A stretch of 64,000 nt of DNA from a virus. Its lineage: Duplodnaviria > Caudoviricetes. Below the pieces are notes generated by a model that was given only the letters and a program-made list of their open reading frames with translations, was not told the DNA's origin and did no database searches. The stretch is taken from the IMG/VR virus record IMGVR_UViG_3300044712_000786, positions 138,705 through 202,704 of that record; one strand, written 5' to 3'. Within the stretch, counting starts at the first letter, position 1, and the number at the start of each line of letters is the position of its first letter. A program made the position numbers and the translations under genes. Of the stretch, positions 12,731 to 21,880 are shown one piece after another.

Positions 12731-12758
12731 ATCTTACACGCAATTTCGAAAAATTCAA
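12731..12758 (-). promoter_or_regulatory. promoter driving a short non-coding unit
   Basis: TTGAAT-N16-TAAGAT, overlapping GTGTAAGAT. Confidence 0.6.
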
Positions 12759-12792
12759 GAACTTTTTTTGAAAATCTTTAAACCATTCAAAA

Positions 12793-13134
12793 TCAAGATG
12801 TTACGGCTAAACTTTTCTTATCTTCTTCCCTGTCTTTAAGGGTTTTCCACGTTTTACCAGTATGTTTTCTCACCCGATTGCACAAATCATCGTAGGTTTC
12901 TTGGGTCCCACCAGCGATAAAGTAACCACAATCGAATTCTTCCTCAACACACATATCATCAATGACTTGCTGTAAAGGAATCCTCATATCACATTGAAAG
13001 ACAAGTTCTTCGTTCTCGTAAAGCTCGTGCCATTCCTCGCCAAGCCTCTTAGAGAAATCCCAACTGTAATCATAGCCCAGTTCTTTAAAAAACTTTGCAA
13101 AATCACAATCGGTATTAGTCGTTAGTGGGTTCAT
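12793..13134 (-). CDS. hypothetical protein
   Basis: ORF track. Confidence 0.7.
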   Translation of the reverse strand: MNPLTTNTDCDFAKFFKELGYDYSWDFSKRLGEEWHELYENEELVFQCDMRIPLQQVIDDMCVEEEFDCGYFIAGGTQETYDDLCNRVRKHTGKTWKTLKDREEDKKSLAVTS

Positions 13135-13574
13135 TGTCCGATTTCTTGAACCAGCTTGGCAATCTCAATAGCCCTGCGCTGCTCGGGGCTGACAAGGGCA
13201 TTAACGCGCTCTTCCAGCTTGGCTAGCTCATCACGCTTAGACTTGATTCTAAGACCGTTAAGGCGGGTCTGAATGTCGAAAACCCACTGCTCATAAGTAA
13301 ACCCAAGCCACTTAAAGGGGGCTTCATTACCTTTTAAGCCTAACGCAGCTAAGGACTGATTATAAGCAGCCGCCTTAAAGGTAAGAAAAGCGTGAATTTC
13401 CACCAACTGCTCTAGCTCTCTAACGGTCTGTATATTAACGCTAGCATTACTATTTGGGTCAAATCTAAAAGAACAGTTTGTAGCCCAAGAAGGGCGCTCC
13501 GCATTTCCAATTTGTTGCTTCTTATCTTCTACCTTCTTAAGAAGGTCTAGAACCAGCTTGTCGGTATTGTCCAT
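13131..13574 (-). CDS. hypothetical protein
   Basis: ORF track; coupled overlap. Confidence 0.75.
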   Translation of the reverse strand: MDNTDKLVLDLLKKVEDKKQQIGNAERPSWATNCSFRFDPNSNASVNIQTVRELEQLVEIHAFLTFKAAAYNQSLAALGLKGNEAPFKWLGFTYEQWVFDIQTRLNGLRIKSKRDELAKLEERVNALVSPEQRRAIEIAKLVQEIGQ

Positions 13575-13578
13575 ATGT

Positions 13579-14727
13579 TTAGTGTAGTAATTCTCTTAAC
13601 GACTGAATACATTGCTCTTTGCCGTTTTCAAAAATAATATAAAGATTAAAAAATTTCAAACTCTGCATATATTCGAGGGAATGGGAAGTATTTCTTTGAT
13701 AACTTGTCCAGCCAGAGACACGAGGATTTTGTAAAACTTCACCCGTATCTTCTTTAAGACAAGTAGAGCCCTCATTATTTAGTAAGAAGCCCTTAAATAC
13801 ATAAGTTCCTTTTCCAGTCTCATTATTAACTTCGTAGCCAGTCTCAACGCTAATACCCGCCTCACCGTAGGTCTTCGAATTTTTATCCCTCAAACAAAAA
13901 TAAGTAGAACGTTTCGGGGTGATATAATAATCCCATTTCTTTTCTGTGCTGGGGTCAAAATCAACGGGACGAAACTCATACTTCACGATTTTATTGGCGT
14001 AAGCATGGCTATTAAACTTTTCTACTAATTCAGCTAAATTACTTACGGGAACATCGGAATTAGGCTCCGAAAGAAACTCAACGGAAGTTTTATAAAAGAA
14101 TGACTCCCCGTCATTATCTGTAAAAACTAATACTTTTGACTCCTGTCTTGACCCAACTTTTGAGTAATACTTGCCTTTATACTCATACCAATTAAAGCGC
14201 CCAATAAAGATAACGTCCCCCTGTCTCTTAGTCTTGTAAGAGATACCAGCTACCAAATCTTTAGCTTTGACTTTCTTAGCTAATCCAGACGTATATTTAA
14301 CTGCTTTCTGATACTCTTCGCTAGTAGTGGGCAATAAGACTAATTCGGGGCCTACCCAAGCATAAACAAACTGACCGATTAAGCCTCTCTTTAAGCAGTT
14401 AGTATGCATTAAAATACCAATTAAGTTCTCAGTAGTAACCTCGAACTCAAAGCCTCTGGGGTCATGAACCCGAATCATAGTTCGGGTAGAGCTAAACCAT
14501 TCGCCGTTGTAGCGCTTAATATCCTTATTAATCGTAAAGCCTTCTGTAGGAACGTTTTCGAATTCCTCGGGCTCTATCTTTTTGTCTCTCCAAGACTCCC
14601 AGCTTTTCTCTTTACGGAGCTTACCTTTTTCATCATAATAGATGACGTAAGCAAGCTTACCCGTAAAGGTTCCCTGTCGTTCTTGAAACCCAACTTTGAT
14701 TTTGGGCGCTACAAAGACGTTGCTCAT
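13579..14727 (-). CDS. large hypothetical phage protein
   Basis: Long ORF; start MSNVFVAPK is ATGA-coupled. Confidence 0.75.
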   Translation of the reverse strand: MSNVFVAPKIKVGFQERQGTFTGKLAYVIYYDEKGKLRKEKSWESWRDKKIEPEEFENVPTEGFTINKDIKRYNGEWFSSTRTMIRVHDPRGFEFEVTTENLIGILMHTNCLKRGLIGQFVYAWVGPELVLLPTTSEEYQKAVKYTSGLAKKVKAKDLVAGISYKTKRQGDVIFIGRFNWYEYKGKYYSKVGSRQESKVLVFTDNDGESFFYKTSVEFLSEPNSDVPVSNLAELVEKFNSHAYANKIVKYEFRPVDFDPSTEKKWDYYITPKRSTYFCLRDKNSKTYGEAGISVETGYEVNNETGKGTYVFKGFLLNNEGSTCLKEDTGEVLQNPRVSGWTSYQRNTSHSLEYMQSLKFFNLYIIFENGKEQCIQSLRELLH

Positions 14728-15068
14728 GTGATAATCAGTCCCTTGCGGAACCAACCAAACTTATTCATTTGCTCTTCGTCAAGAGTAAAAATCTCATTAC
14801 CCTTGCCAATTAAAAGCATAGTACAGTTCTTAGCCCTGAGAGTCTCGCCGTAGCGATTCGCAATTTCGCGCAAAGCCAAAGCTAGATTCACGTCTACCTC
14901 TTCCGTAGTCATCCTAAGGAAGATAATCGAGTTTTCTTTAATGTCATCGACATTAACTATCTTTGCCACTTCCATCTTCAGAGTTTCGGATAGTTGAGGC
15001 GTTTGTTCAACGACTGCTTCGGGTTTAGCCGCAGGAGTCACAATATCTGTATCGTCTTGTAGTCCCAT
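14724..15068 (-). CDS. hypothetical protein
   Basis: ORF track. Confidence 0.7.
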   Translation of the reverse strand: MGLQDDTDIVTPAAKPEAVVEQTPQLSETLKMEVAKIVNVDDIKENSIIFLRMTTEEVDVNLALALREIANRYGETLRAKNCTMLLIGKGNEIFTLDEEQMNKFGWFRKGLIIT

Positions 15069-15082
15069 AAATTAAAAAAATG

Positions 15083-15168
15083 AAAAAAAGAGCCAAGCCA
15101 GCACTATGAACGGCATAATAACTAACCAAAAAACAATTATTATTATTTTCTCGGATGTACTTGGCTCT
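15083..15168 (-). ncRNA. Y-RNA-like hairpin directly downstream of the Ro60-like gene
   Basis: 9-bp terminal stem AGAGCCAAG/CTTGGCTCT, internal UCCGA, U-rich loop, 3' oligo-U. Confidence 0.55.
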
Positions 15169-15172
15169 ATGT

Positions 15173-16648
15173 TCACACAGTCACTTTGTTATAGCGTTCC
15201 TGACCAATAACTTCCATCATCGTGTCATAAGGGGTAAAGTTCTTACCCGATAGGACGGTTTTAAAGATAGAGGGAGAGAAACCACTAACTAAGGTTGCTC
15301 CGCGCTCATCCATTTCAACGGGCGATTGACCCGTATTAACTCTAGCGTCCAAGTTCCAAAATACAACATGAGGAACCTTGTATCCAGCCTTATCAAACTT
15401 TTGCTTGATAGTCTCGAAATTACTCTTGCTATTATTGTCGCAAGCCTTATCGAACTGCATATCAGACAGGATATACAATACGTCAGGCATTTCCTTCTTA
15501 GGAACCTTATTCGCTACAGCAGCATTCAGAATCAAATCAAACGCAGCCTGTAAGTTAGTGTTTCCACCCCAAGGGGCACGCATTACGTTCAAAACCCGCT
15601 CAGTTAAAGAACTTCCTTGCACTTGCAATAAGCTAGGGCTAGCCTCGAAAGTAATGAAGTGATTCTTGAAGAAACCCTCAATTCTTTCTGCCATATAGAT
15701 GCCTAGACCAACACTAACCAACATCGGCTGTCCAGCCATAGAACCCGAAACGTCTACCAAGCAGAGACCATTGTGAGGATTCTCTTCTAAGTAGTTAGGC
15801 AAAGCCCTCCACTGCAACTCAACAGTAGGGTCTACTCCAGACTGAGCCTTTTGGACTAGCTCATGAGGATATAGCACAGACGCATTAATCTTAGCTTCGC
15901 CCGTAGCTACCTTACCAAGGTAAGCAGTATAGCCAATCGGGTCATGCTTGCCGAAAGCCTTTCGATAAATCATGCTGGCGCGAGAAGGAACAGACTCATA
16001 GTCAATCTCGTTCCAATTCTTGGAAGACATCTTTACTTCAACCACGTTAAGGTATTTCCTTAAGGAAGTAAGCATCTTGCGATAAGTCTTAGGAGACATA
16101 TCCAAAGCCTTCATAAGCTTCTTAGCAATAAGAGCCTCCGAAGAACCCTCAGAAGGCATCCACTTAGCCAACAGGGAAATAGCTTCCCCCTTCTTCATAA
16201 GCTTCAAATCAGCTTTAACTTGCTTAACTAAGAACGAGGTAACTTCATCCTCTACCTTAGTGCCAAATAAGCAAAAAAGGTCATCAAAACGACCAAATTC
16301 GGCTACATTAGCCAAGTTTCGAACAACAATTTTGGGATTGTTATTCGCCAACCAGCTTAGCATAGTGCGAAAAGCCTTGCGTTGTCCTTGACCCCCGCGA
16401 ACATCACGGAAGTAAAAGGCAATCTTAGTAGCTAGCAACTTATCTTCGTTGAAAGCGTTGGAGAATAAGCTCAGAACATTAGCTTCGGGGGTATTTCGCA
16501 ATGCGCCACCCAAGGCAAAGAAATCAACCAAGCTGCTCTTAGAAGTCGAAGGAGTGATAGCTCCATTTTCGGTTTGAGTCATAGTGTGAATCTTAGTAAC
16601 GGTCTTAGGTGCCTTACTGTTCTTAATAGCTTTAATTAGTTTGCTCAT
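15173..16648 (-). CDS. Ro60/TROVE-like RNA-binding protein (DUF2828-type with C-terminal vWA)
   Basis: FYFRDVRGGQG, LAKWMPSE, IDYESVPS, vWA MIDAS DVSGSM, GGNTN, SDMQFD, VFWNL, VSGFS. Confidence 0.85.
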   Translation of the reverse strand: MSKLIKAIKNSKAPKTVTKIHTMTQTENGAITPSTSKSSLVDFFALGGALRNTPEANVLSLFSNAFNEDKLLATKIAFYFRDVRGGQGQRKAFRTMLSWLANNNPKIVVRNLANVAEFGRFDDLFCLFGTKVEDEVTSFLVKQVKADLKLMKKGEAISLLAKWMPSEGSSEALIAKKLMKALDMSPKTYRKMLTSLRKYLNVVEVKMSSKNWNEIDYESVPSRASMIYRKAFGKHDPIGYTAYLGKVATGEAKINASVLYPHELVQKAQSGVDPTVELQWRALPNYLEENPHNGLCLVDVSGSMAGQPMLVSVGLGIYMAERIEGFFKNHFITFEASPSLLQVQGSSLTERVLNVMRAPWGGNTNLQAAFDLILNAAVANKVPKKEMPDVLYILSDMQFDKACDNNSKSNFETIKQKFDKAGYKVPHVVFWNLDARVNTGQSPVEMDERGATLVSGFSPSIFKTVLSGKNFTPYDTMMEVIGQERYNKVTV

Positions 16649-16658
16649 ATTTTTATCC

Positions 16659-16719
16659 GAGACGCATTTTGTATGCGAGGTTTGTTAACCTTGTTTTTTT
16701 AGTTTGCTGTTAGCGTCTC
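16659..16719 (-). promoter_or_regulatory. single copy of the ACAGCAA stem motif in the Ro60-like leader
   Basis: GAGACGC-TAACAGCAA-A-rich loop-AT-GCGTCTC, 10 nt before ATG; same layout as the 4322-4565 units. Confidence 0.75.
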
Positions 16720-17334
16720 ATTTTCAATACTAACAGGAATTTTTACTTTGTCAACGGCTTTGCTAGGCCAAAAATACGGTAAATCATCTTTTTCGCCCCA
16801 ACCAAACTTTAGATACCAATTCTGGCCAATAGTAATTCCATTCTCACTACAGAAATGCTCTAGTTTCTTAACGTGCATCTGGTCTAGCTTGTTTTTATAG
16901 GGATAGCCGTTTGCTTCAAGCCAATCGTTTATTTTTTTAATTTTTAATTTCGTCTTGATGGCAGCGCAAACAGAGTCGTAACGTCCCTTAAATAAAAGCT
17001 TACTACGGTGCGAAGAATGAAATCTATCGTCTCCCAACCACCAAGGGGCTATGCCCATCCAAGATTTAGAAACTTCGTTCTTGAAAAATTCAACATATTC
17101 TTGGACCTGAATACCCCTGCTAAGAGCTTCCTCCGCAATAGCTTTGCCATAAGAGACAAGAAAGCCTCCATGACCCCTCCACTGGACACAACAAGGATGA
17201 TTCTTCCAGCCCTCGGATTTACCCGTAATAGTGTAGAAAATTTCTTTAGCTTCAAAGACTTGTTTAGTCAGCCTTTGGTTATCGAGGCACTTCGCAGACT
17301 CCGTAAAAGATTCTAGGGGTAAAAACGTATTCAC
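16699..17334 (-). CDS. pyrimidine-dimer DNA glycosylase-like protein (DenV/MSMEG_6728 type)
   Basis: MNTFLP...LDNQRLTKQ...GWKNHP...W; H.SH.S.LL.K; YFWP. Confidence 0.75.
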   Translation of the reverse strand: MNTFLPLESFTESAKCLDNQRLTKQVFEAKEIFYTITGKSEGWKNHPCCVQWRGHGGFLVSYGKAIAEEALSRGIQVQEYVEFFKNEVSKSWMGIAPWWLGDDRFHSSHRSKLLFKGRYDSVCAAIKTKLKIKKINDWLEANGYPYKNKLDQMHVKKLEHFCSENGITIGQNWYLKFGWGEKDDLPYFWPSKAVDKVKIPVSIENETLTAN

Positions 17335-17341
17335 TACCCCT

Positions 17342-17369
17342 AATCTAGCGGAATTTTTTGAGAAGTCAA
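17342..17369 (-). promoter_or_regulatory. sigma70-type promoter
   Basis: TTGACT-N16-TAGATT, 7 nt before GTG. Confidence 0.7.
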
Positions 17370-17535
17370 GGATTACGGATGTCGAACATACTTACTTCTA
17401 TAACGAATTCATTTCTTTTGACAAGAAAAGTATCTTCGTTTTTAACTCCAACGACTTCCCCCGCCCAATCCCCTTCGGGGTCAACAACTTTTACGAGTTT
17501 TCCCAACATGCGGGAATTCGCCTGATTTTTATTCA

Positions 17536-18846
17536 TCAGACGTTTTTACACGCTTTTTCTGTATCTAGTAGCCAATTTTTATCTTCGGGAGTAGGTCCCT
17601 TAGAGGTTACTAAGACGGGCGTTTCCAAATAGTTAGCTATAAAACTAATTATATCTGTATTACCCAACTCAACATATTTGGGTTTACTACCATTCATTCT
17701 CTCGGTAAGGTGGCTTTGATAAGCAATATTGGTAGTAGGAGACGAATGAAGCTCCCACTCAACCTTATCATAATAGCTGAGACATATCTTCCAACTCTTC
17801 TTTAATGAAAGCTTATCTAAATGAGAAATAGCCAAGTAGTCTATCCCCCCATTTACCTCCATACAGTAAGCTAGTAGATTTAAGTCCAGCCAACCGACTC
17901 TAAATCCACCTTGAAACTCATTTTTCTTGTTAAAATCATCGGGCAAAATATCCGTAAGCTGTTCATCTTCAGTAACTAACGGACCAGCGCCATGCCGAGT
18001 TGTATAAGCCCTCGTAATTCCTATTGTTTTCTTAGGATATGTCCAATCGCATCCCTTCAAAATCTCTTCCGCATTCTTAGAGGTAACAGTAGTCCAAGTA
18101 GTATGAGGAAAGAACCCAAAGTTTTCGTCTATTCCTATCCCTTGTGCCGCTTCGAATATAGGATGTTCGGAAGTTTTGACTAACAAGCCTGACATTTCAT
18201 CATCAAGCAAAACAACGCTATTGGCAACGGTTTTATAATTACTTATTAAATCCTCTAAAGACAACTTGAAAGTATTGAAATTCTTATCATTTTTACTAAC
18301 CTTAGAAGCTAGCTCGAACATCCTAGACCTAACTCCTATCAGCTTCTCCATTAGTAAAGTGGGACTCTTAATATCCTTGAACCTCAAAACGAGATTGGGG
18401 TTGCTAAGAAAGTCTTGCATAGTGGCACCAATACCCATGCCGCAAGAACCGTGTCTTCCATCCCCCCGACTATTCTCTAAAATCCTATTATAAGCTTTAT
18501 GAAAAGGGGTTGTTATCAAAGCCTCTTCATGAATAAACATTCTCTTGAAGCAATCGGTAATACCCAATTCTTCTAGCTTTTGATTTTCTACCAACAAGCC
18601 AACTGGATTAATTAATACATGTTTTGAAAGCAGGGTCCTAGTTCCAGCTACTAAAGTCCCGCTTCCAAATTGAGAAAAAACATGCGTTTTACCATCTGAT
18701 AAAACAACCCTATGAGCACATTGGCTTCCCCCACTATATCTAACTACTAAATTAGACTTGTATTTGCGGACTAGGGAATCTACGAAAGTTCCCTTGCCAC
18801 AATCGCCAAATCCACAATCTACCGTTATAAAAGCACAATTAGCCAT
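17536..18846 (-). CDS. purA: adenylosuccinate synthetase-like protein
   Basis: GFGDCGKG, RYSGGSQCAH, HGSCGMGIG, FEAAQG, RAYTTRHGAGP, FRVGWLD. Confidence 0.85.
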   Translation of the reverse strand: MANCAFITVDCGFGDCGKGTFVDSLVRKYKSNLVVRYSGGSQCAHRVVLSDGKTHVFSQFGSGTLVAGTRTLLSKHVLINPVGLLVENQKLEELGITDCFKRMFIHEEALITTPFHKAYNRILENSRGDGRHGSCGMGIGATMQDFLSNPNLVLRFKDIKSPTLLMEKLIGVRSRMFELASKVSKNDKNFNTFKLSLEDLISNYKTVANSVVLLDDEMSGLLVKTSEHPIFEAAQGIGIDENFGFFPHTTWTTVTSKNAEEILKGCDWTYPKKTIGITRAYTTRHGAGPLVTEDEQLTDILPDDFNKKNEFQGGFRVGWLDLNLLAYCMEVNGGIDYLAISHLDKLSLKKSWKICLSYYDKVEWELHSSPTTNIAYQSHLTERMNGSKPKYVELGNTDIISFIANYLETPVLVTSKGPTPEDKNWLLDTEKACKNV

Positions 18847-18915
18847 ATTTTTAAAAAAGGGCGGGTCTCTTTCGAAACCCGCCCCCACCAACATGCACAA
18901 CTAACCCAACCTCTA

Positions 18916-19923
18916 TTACACGCGGGTAACAGAATCTTTTTTAGTGCCCTTGGGCAACTTACCAGAGACTTTAGCAACTTTTTTAACCGACTTGCTGCTA
19001 GTAACCTTAGCCAAGGCTGAAGAAGAACGGTCAACCGCTCCAGCATCAGCACCAATATCCTTAAGGTCATCCTTGATATCCTTGATATCATATCCTTCGG
19101 ATAATCCGATTGTAGATACGATAAACTCAACAATATCTTCAGGGGTAGCCAATTTGAGGAAGTTCTGACCCATGAGTTTCTTCATGGTGTCATTGACATG
19201 CTTGTTATTGAAGTAGCTTCCTCCTTCGGGCATAATCCAAAAAACCTCATACTTCTGTTGAAGCTCTTGGAGAATACTCTCTGTCGAAATTGCTTCGCTT
19301 ACGTCATCCCCAATGATAGACTTAATCTCAGTATACTTGACTTTAGCGTAAGGAGTTTCGTCCCCTATGATAAAAAGATATCCCTTGTCTCCACGCTTCT
19401 CTAAACAGTCAAGTTCGGTATGGCGAGCCATGTAATACATAGCTAGTTCATAGCTTTCTGTTTGCTGACCGCCTCCACCCCCTTCTTTATAAATCAGGGT
19501 TAGCCAATCGACCATTTCATTTCCCGCCTCGAATTGGCCAATCTGGAGAGGCGCAGCATCACAAGTGGCGTCACCAATAGCCCCAAATAGAATTTGAGGG
19601 TCCTCTACGTAGCCCTTTTTAACGAGGGCAGACATAAGAGAGTTAAGCTTGGTGGAGAAAAGAACAGGTAAAGTATTCATAGAGCCCGTTACGTCAAATA
19701 GCACGGCTATAGCACGGCTATTAGGGTGCTCTTTACTATCCCTTGACTCTCGAACGTTTTTACCCGCCGAATTTAACTTCGAAGGGTCTAATTTTTCGTG
19801 AACAGCCGCAGCAGCCTTACCGCTCCGAATGTCGCTGTCATGAGTAAACATATCTGTTCCAGTAGAGCTATGATAGCTCACTCTTGCAGTATATGTATCA
19901 CCGTCATATGATGTATGTCCCAT
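18916..19923 (-). CDS. vWA-domain protein
   Basis: FDVTGSM, GAIGD, GGGGG..ESYE, FIIGDE. Confidence 0.85.
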   Translation of the reverse strand: MGHTSYDGDTYTARVSYHSSTGTDMFTHDSDIRSGKAAAAVHEKLDPSKLNSAGKNVRESRDSKEHPNSRAIAVLFDVTGSMNTLPVLFSTKLNSLMSALVKKGYVEDPQILFGAIGDATCDAAPLQIGQFEAGNEMVDWLTLIYKEGGGGGQQTESYELAMYYMARHTELDCLEKRGDKGYLFIIGDETPYAKVKYTEIKSIIGDDVSEAISTESILQELQQKYEVFWIMPEGGSYFNNKHVNDTMKKLMGQNFLKLATPEDIVEFIVSTIGLSEGYDIKDIKDDLKDIGADAGAVDRSSSALAKVTSSKSVKKVAKVSGKLPKGTKKDSVTRV

Positions 19924-19924
19924 A

Positions 19925-21013
19925 TTATTTTATTTCTAGTTTTCTAAATTTTCTATCACCGTAAAGAGCCGTTAAAATCTTCTGAAAATCCTGATATAGT
20001 TCCCAAACATCTTGGCTTCTATGCTTATAACCTAAGAAACACGCCTTAAGCAATCCTCTTATAGCCCTCGGAACCGAATTAGGAACCTGTTTCGTGCTCG
20101 GGTCTCCCCCAAGCAGTGCTACCATACAAGTAGCAGCACTATACAAATCATAACCGAAATTTGCTACAAGTCCAGTCAAAATTTCAGGAGCGCAATAGTC
20201 CTTATAATCAGGGCAGATGGCCCTTATTTTGTCCCCGACTTTGACGGAATGAGACCATCCAACTATAACACCATTATGAACTTCCGTATCGGTTATATCC
20301 CCCGACTTGATAATAATATGCGATGGATTTAATGCCCCGTGGACGACGCCAGCTTGATGAGCACAGAGCAAACCAGACAGAGTTCTATTAAACATCCAAG
20401 CAGCATCCCTAGGGTCAATCCCATTAGGGTAGTTGTCCAGAACTTTTTGTAAAGAGTAGTAGCCTTCATGCTTATCTAAAACGTTAACTTGTAATTTGAC
20501 TTTATTTGAATCTTCTAATACAAATGAATCTCTTAGAACGGGAATATGTCTTAATACCTTTAAATCTTTAGAGGGCGACTCATTCCTTATCCAGTTTAGG
20601 ATACTTGCCTCGTTGCGAAGCAAATCATTACTAGATGGGCTACGAGAAATTTTAACCAAAACCCCCTGCTTAGTATCAAAAATATCTGAAATATCCCCCG
20701 ACTCGAAAAGAGTGGTAATGTTGTAAGTGCTTGTTTTGGAAGATATTACGACTTCTTCAGAAAGGACATTCTTATTTCCATAAGTACCATCCTTTACTTT
20801 TTGTTCGGCTTGTTCTAAAAACTTACCCAAAAGAGTAAAAGCTTCATGCGCGAGATTTTTATCTGAGCATAAATCAGGATGGACTTTTTTAGCCCAATCT
20901 CTATAAGCTACATCTAGCGACTCATTCTGTGGGACTTCCAATTCCCCAAATACATCCTCAGGGCAGGTTGCCTTTTGAAGGTCTTTGAATAATTTTTTGA
21001 CTTTAGCAGACAC
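19925..21013 (-). CDS. J-domain / Ser-Thr kinase-like fusion
   Basis: N-terminal AYRDWAKKVHPD; kinase-like VKI, E, GVVHGALNPSHII, APE, DLYSAA. Confidence 0.8.
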   Translation of the reverse strand: MSAKVKKLFKDLQKATCPEDVFGELEVPQNESLDVAYRDWAKKVHPDLCSDKNLAHEAFTLLGKFLEQAEQKVKDGTYGNKNVLSEEVVISSKTSTYNITTLFESGDISDIFDTKQGVLVKISRSPSSNDLLRNEASILNWIRNESPSKDLKVLRHIPVLRDSFVLEDSNKVKLQVNVLDKHEGYYSLQKVLDNYPNGIDPRDAAWMFNRTLSGLLCAHQAGVVHGALNPSHIIIKSGDITDTEVHNGVIVGWSHSVKVGDKIRAICPDYKDYCAPEILTGLVANFGYDLYSAATCMVALLGGDPSTKQVPNSVPRAIRGLLKACFLGYKHRSQDVWELYQDFQKILTALYGDRKFRKLEIK

Positions 21014-21019
21014 TACCCA

Positions 21020-21047
21020 AGTCTAGCAATTATTTTTTGGAAGTCAA
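21020..21047 (-). promoter_or_regulatory. sigma70-type promoter
   Basis: TTGACT-N16-TAGACT, 6 nt before GTG. Confidence 0.7.
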
Positions 21048-21245
21048 CCGCTTAAAATCCTTTTCGTAAATGAAACCGTAATCAATACAAAAAAGCCCTT
21101 TATTTGTGACCGTAGCGACTGCAAAACAGGGAAATTCCTCTGGTTCTAATAGAGAATCCTTATGTGGGACATCGGCTATGCGATTTTCCATTATGGTTTT
21201 GAATTCGAGCCACTTTTTTTTATTTTTTAAAAATTTAAGGTTCAA
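21030..21245 (-). CDS. hypothetical protein
   Basis: ORF track. Confidence 0.6.
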   Translation of the reverse strand: MNLKFLKNKKKWLEFKTIMENRIADVPHKDSLLEPEEFPCFAVATVTNKGLFCIDYGFIYEKDFKRLTSKK

Positions 21246-21588
21246 CTTTCAGCCCCCGCGTAGTCCTTATTTTTGCCTTAGGAATAGACCAGTAAACTTC
21301 ATTAGAAGGTGGCGCTTCGTCGCCAAATGAACTATAAGCTACTACTACAAAATAATAAGTGGGTCCATAAACCAATCCACCAACAGCCGTATTTGTCACA
21401 TTTCCTACATCCAATCTATTAGTATTTTGGCCGCTTTGATAGCCCCAGCAAAGATAATAGCCTGATACATTAGCGCTCGGACTAGGCTTCCACCCAAGCC
21501 TTACGTTAGGATTAGTCGTATCTATTACTGGCTCAGCTAGAACAGCTAACGACAGCCACAATAAAACAAATAATATTCTACACTTCAT
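21235..21588 (-). CDS. secreted fibronectin type III protein
   Basis: Signal peptide; LGWKPSPSANVSGYYLCWG...GLVYGPTYYFVVVAY...SNEV. Confidence 0.8.
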   Translation of the reverse strand: MKCRILFVLLWLSLAVLAEPVIDTTNPNVRLGWKPSPSANVSGYYLCWGYQSGQNTNRLDVGNVTNTAVGGLVYGPTYYFVVVAYSSFGDEAPPSNEVYWSIPKAKIRTTRGLKVEP

Positions 21589-21880
21589 TTTCCAGAAACT
21601 CTACGTAAACATTTCCATGGCATAAATCGGGGGCGCAAAAGCAGCCCAATCTCTTACCCTTAAGCTCTATTACACGTTTTCTGAAAGCTGAATCTTTCTC
21701 TATTCTCTCTAAGAAGTCTTTCTTAAAGGCGGCTATAGCAGACGCTCTATCATGGACCGTCCGACATATCCGACAATATCCTATGGGATGGGGATTACCG
21801 TAATATCCATCTTGCCCCTTTCCCGCTCGCCCAATATAAACATCATATGGGGCGAACCTAAGATTAACGACAGTAGTCAT
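21578..21880 (-). CDS. DUF4326-family protein
   Basis: DVYIGR...GNP...LKGKRLGCFCAP..CHG. Confidence 0.8.
   Translation of the reverse strand: MTTVVNLRFAPYDVYIGRAGKGQDGYYGNPHPIGYCRICRTVHDRASAIAAFKKDFLERIEKDSAFRKRVIELKGKRLGCFCAPDLCHGNVYVEFLENEV

Noticed and set aside
17536-18846. PurZ (2-aminoadenine Z-genome pathway)
   Set aside because: The N-terminal motif is GDCGKG, retaining the PurA catalytic Asp that PurZ replaces with Ser, and no DatZ/MazZ-like genes were recognised in the window.
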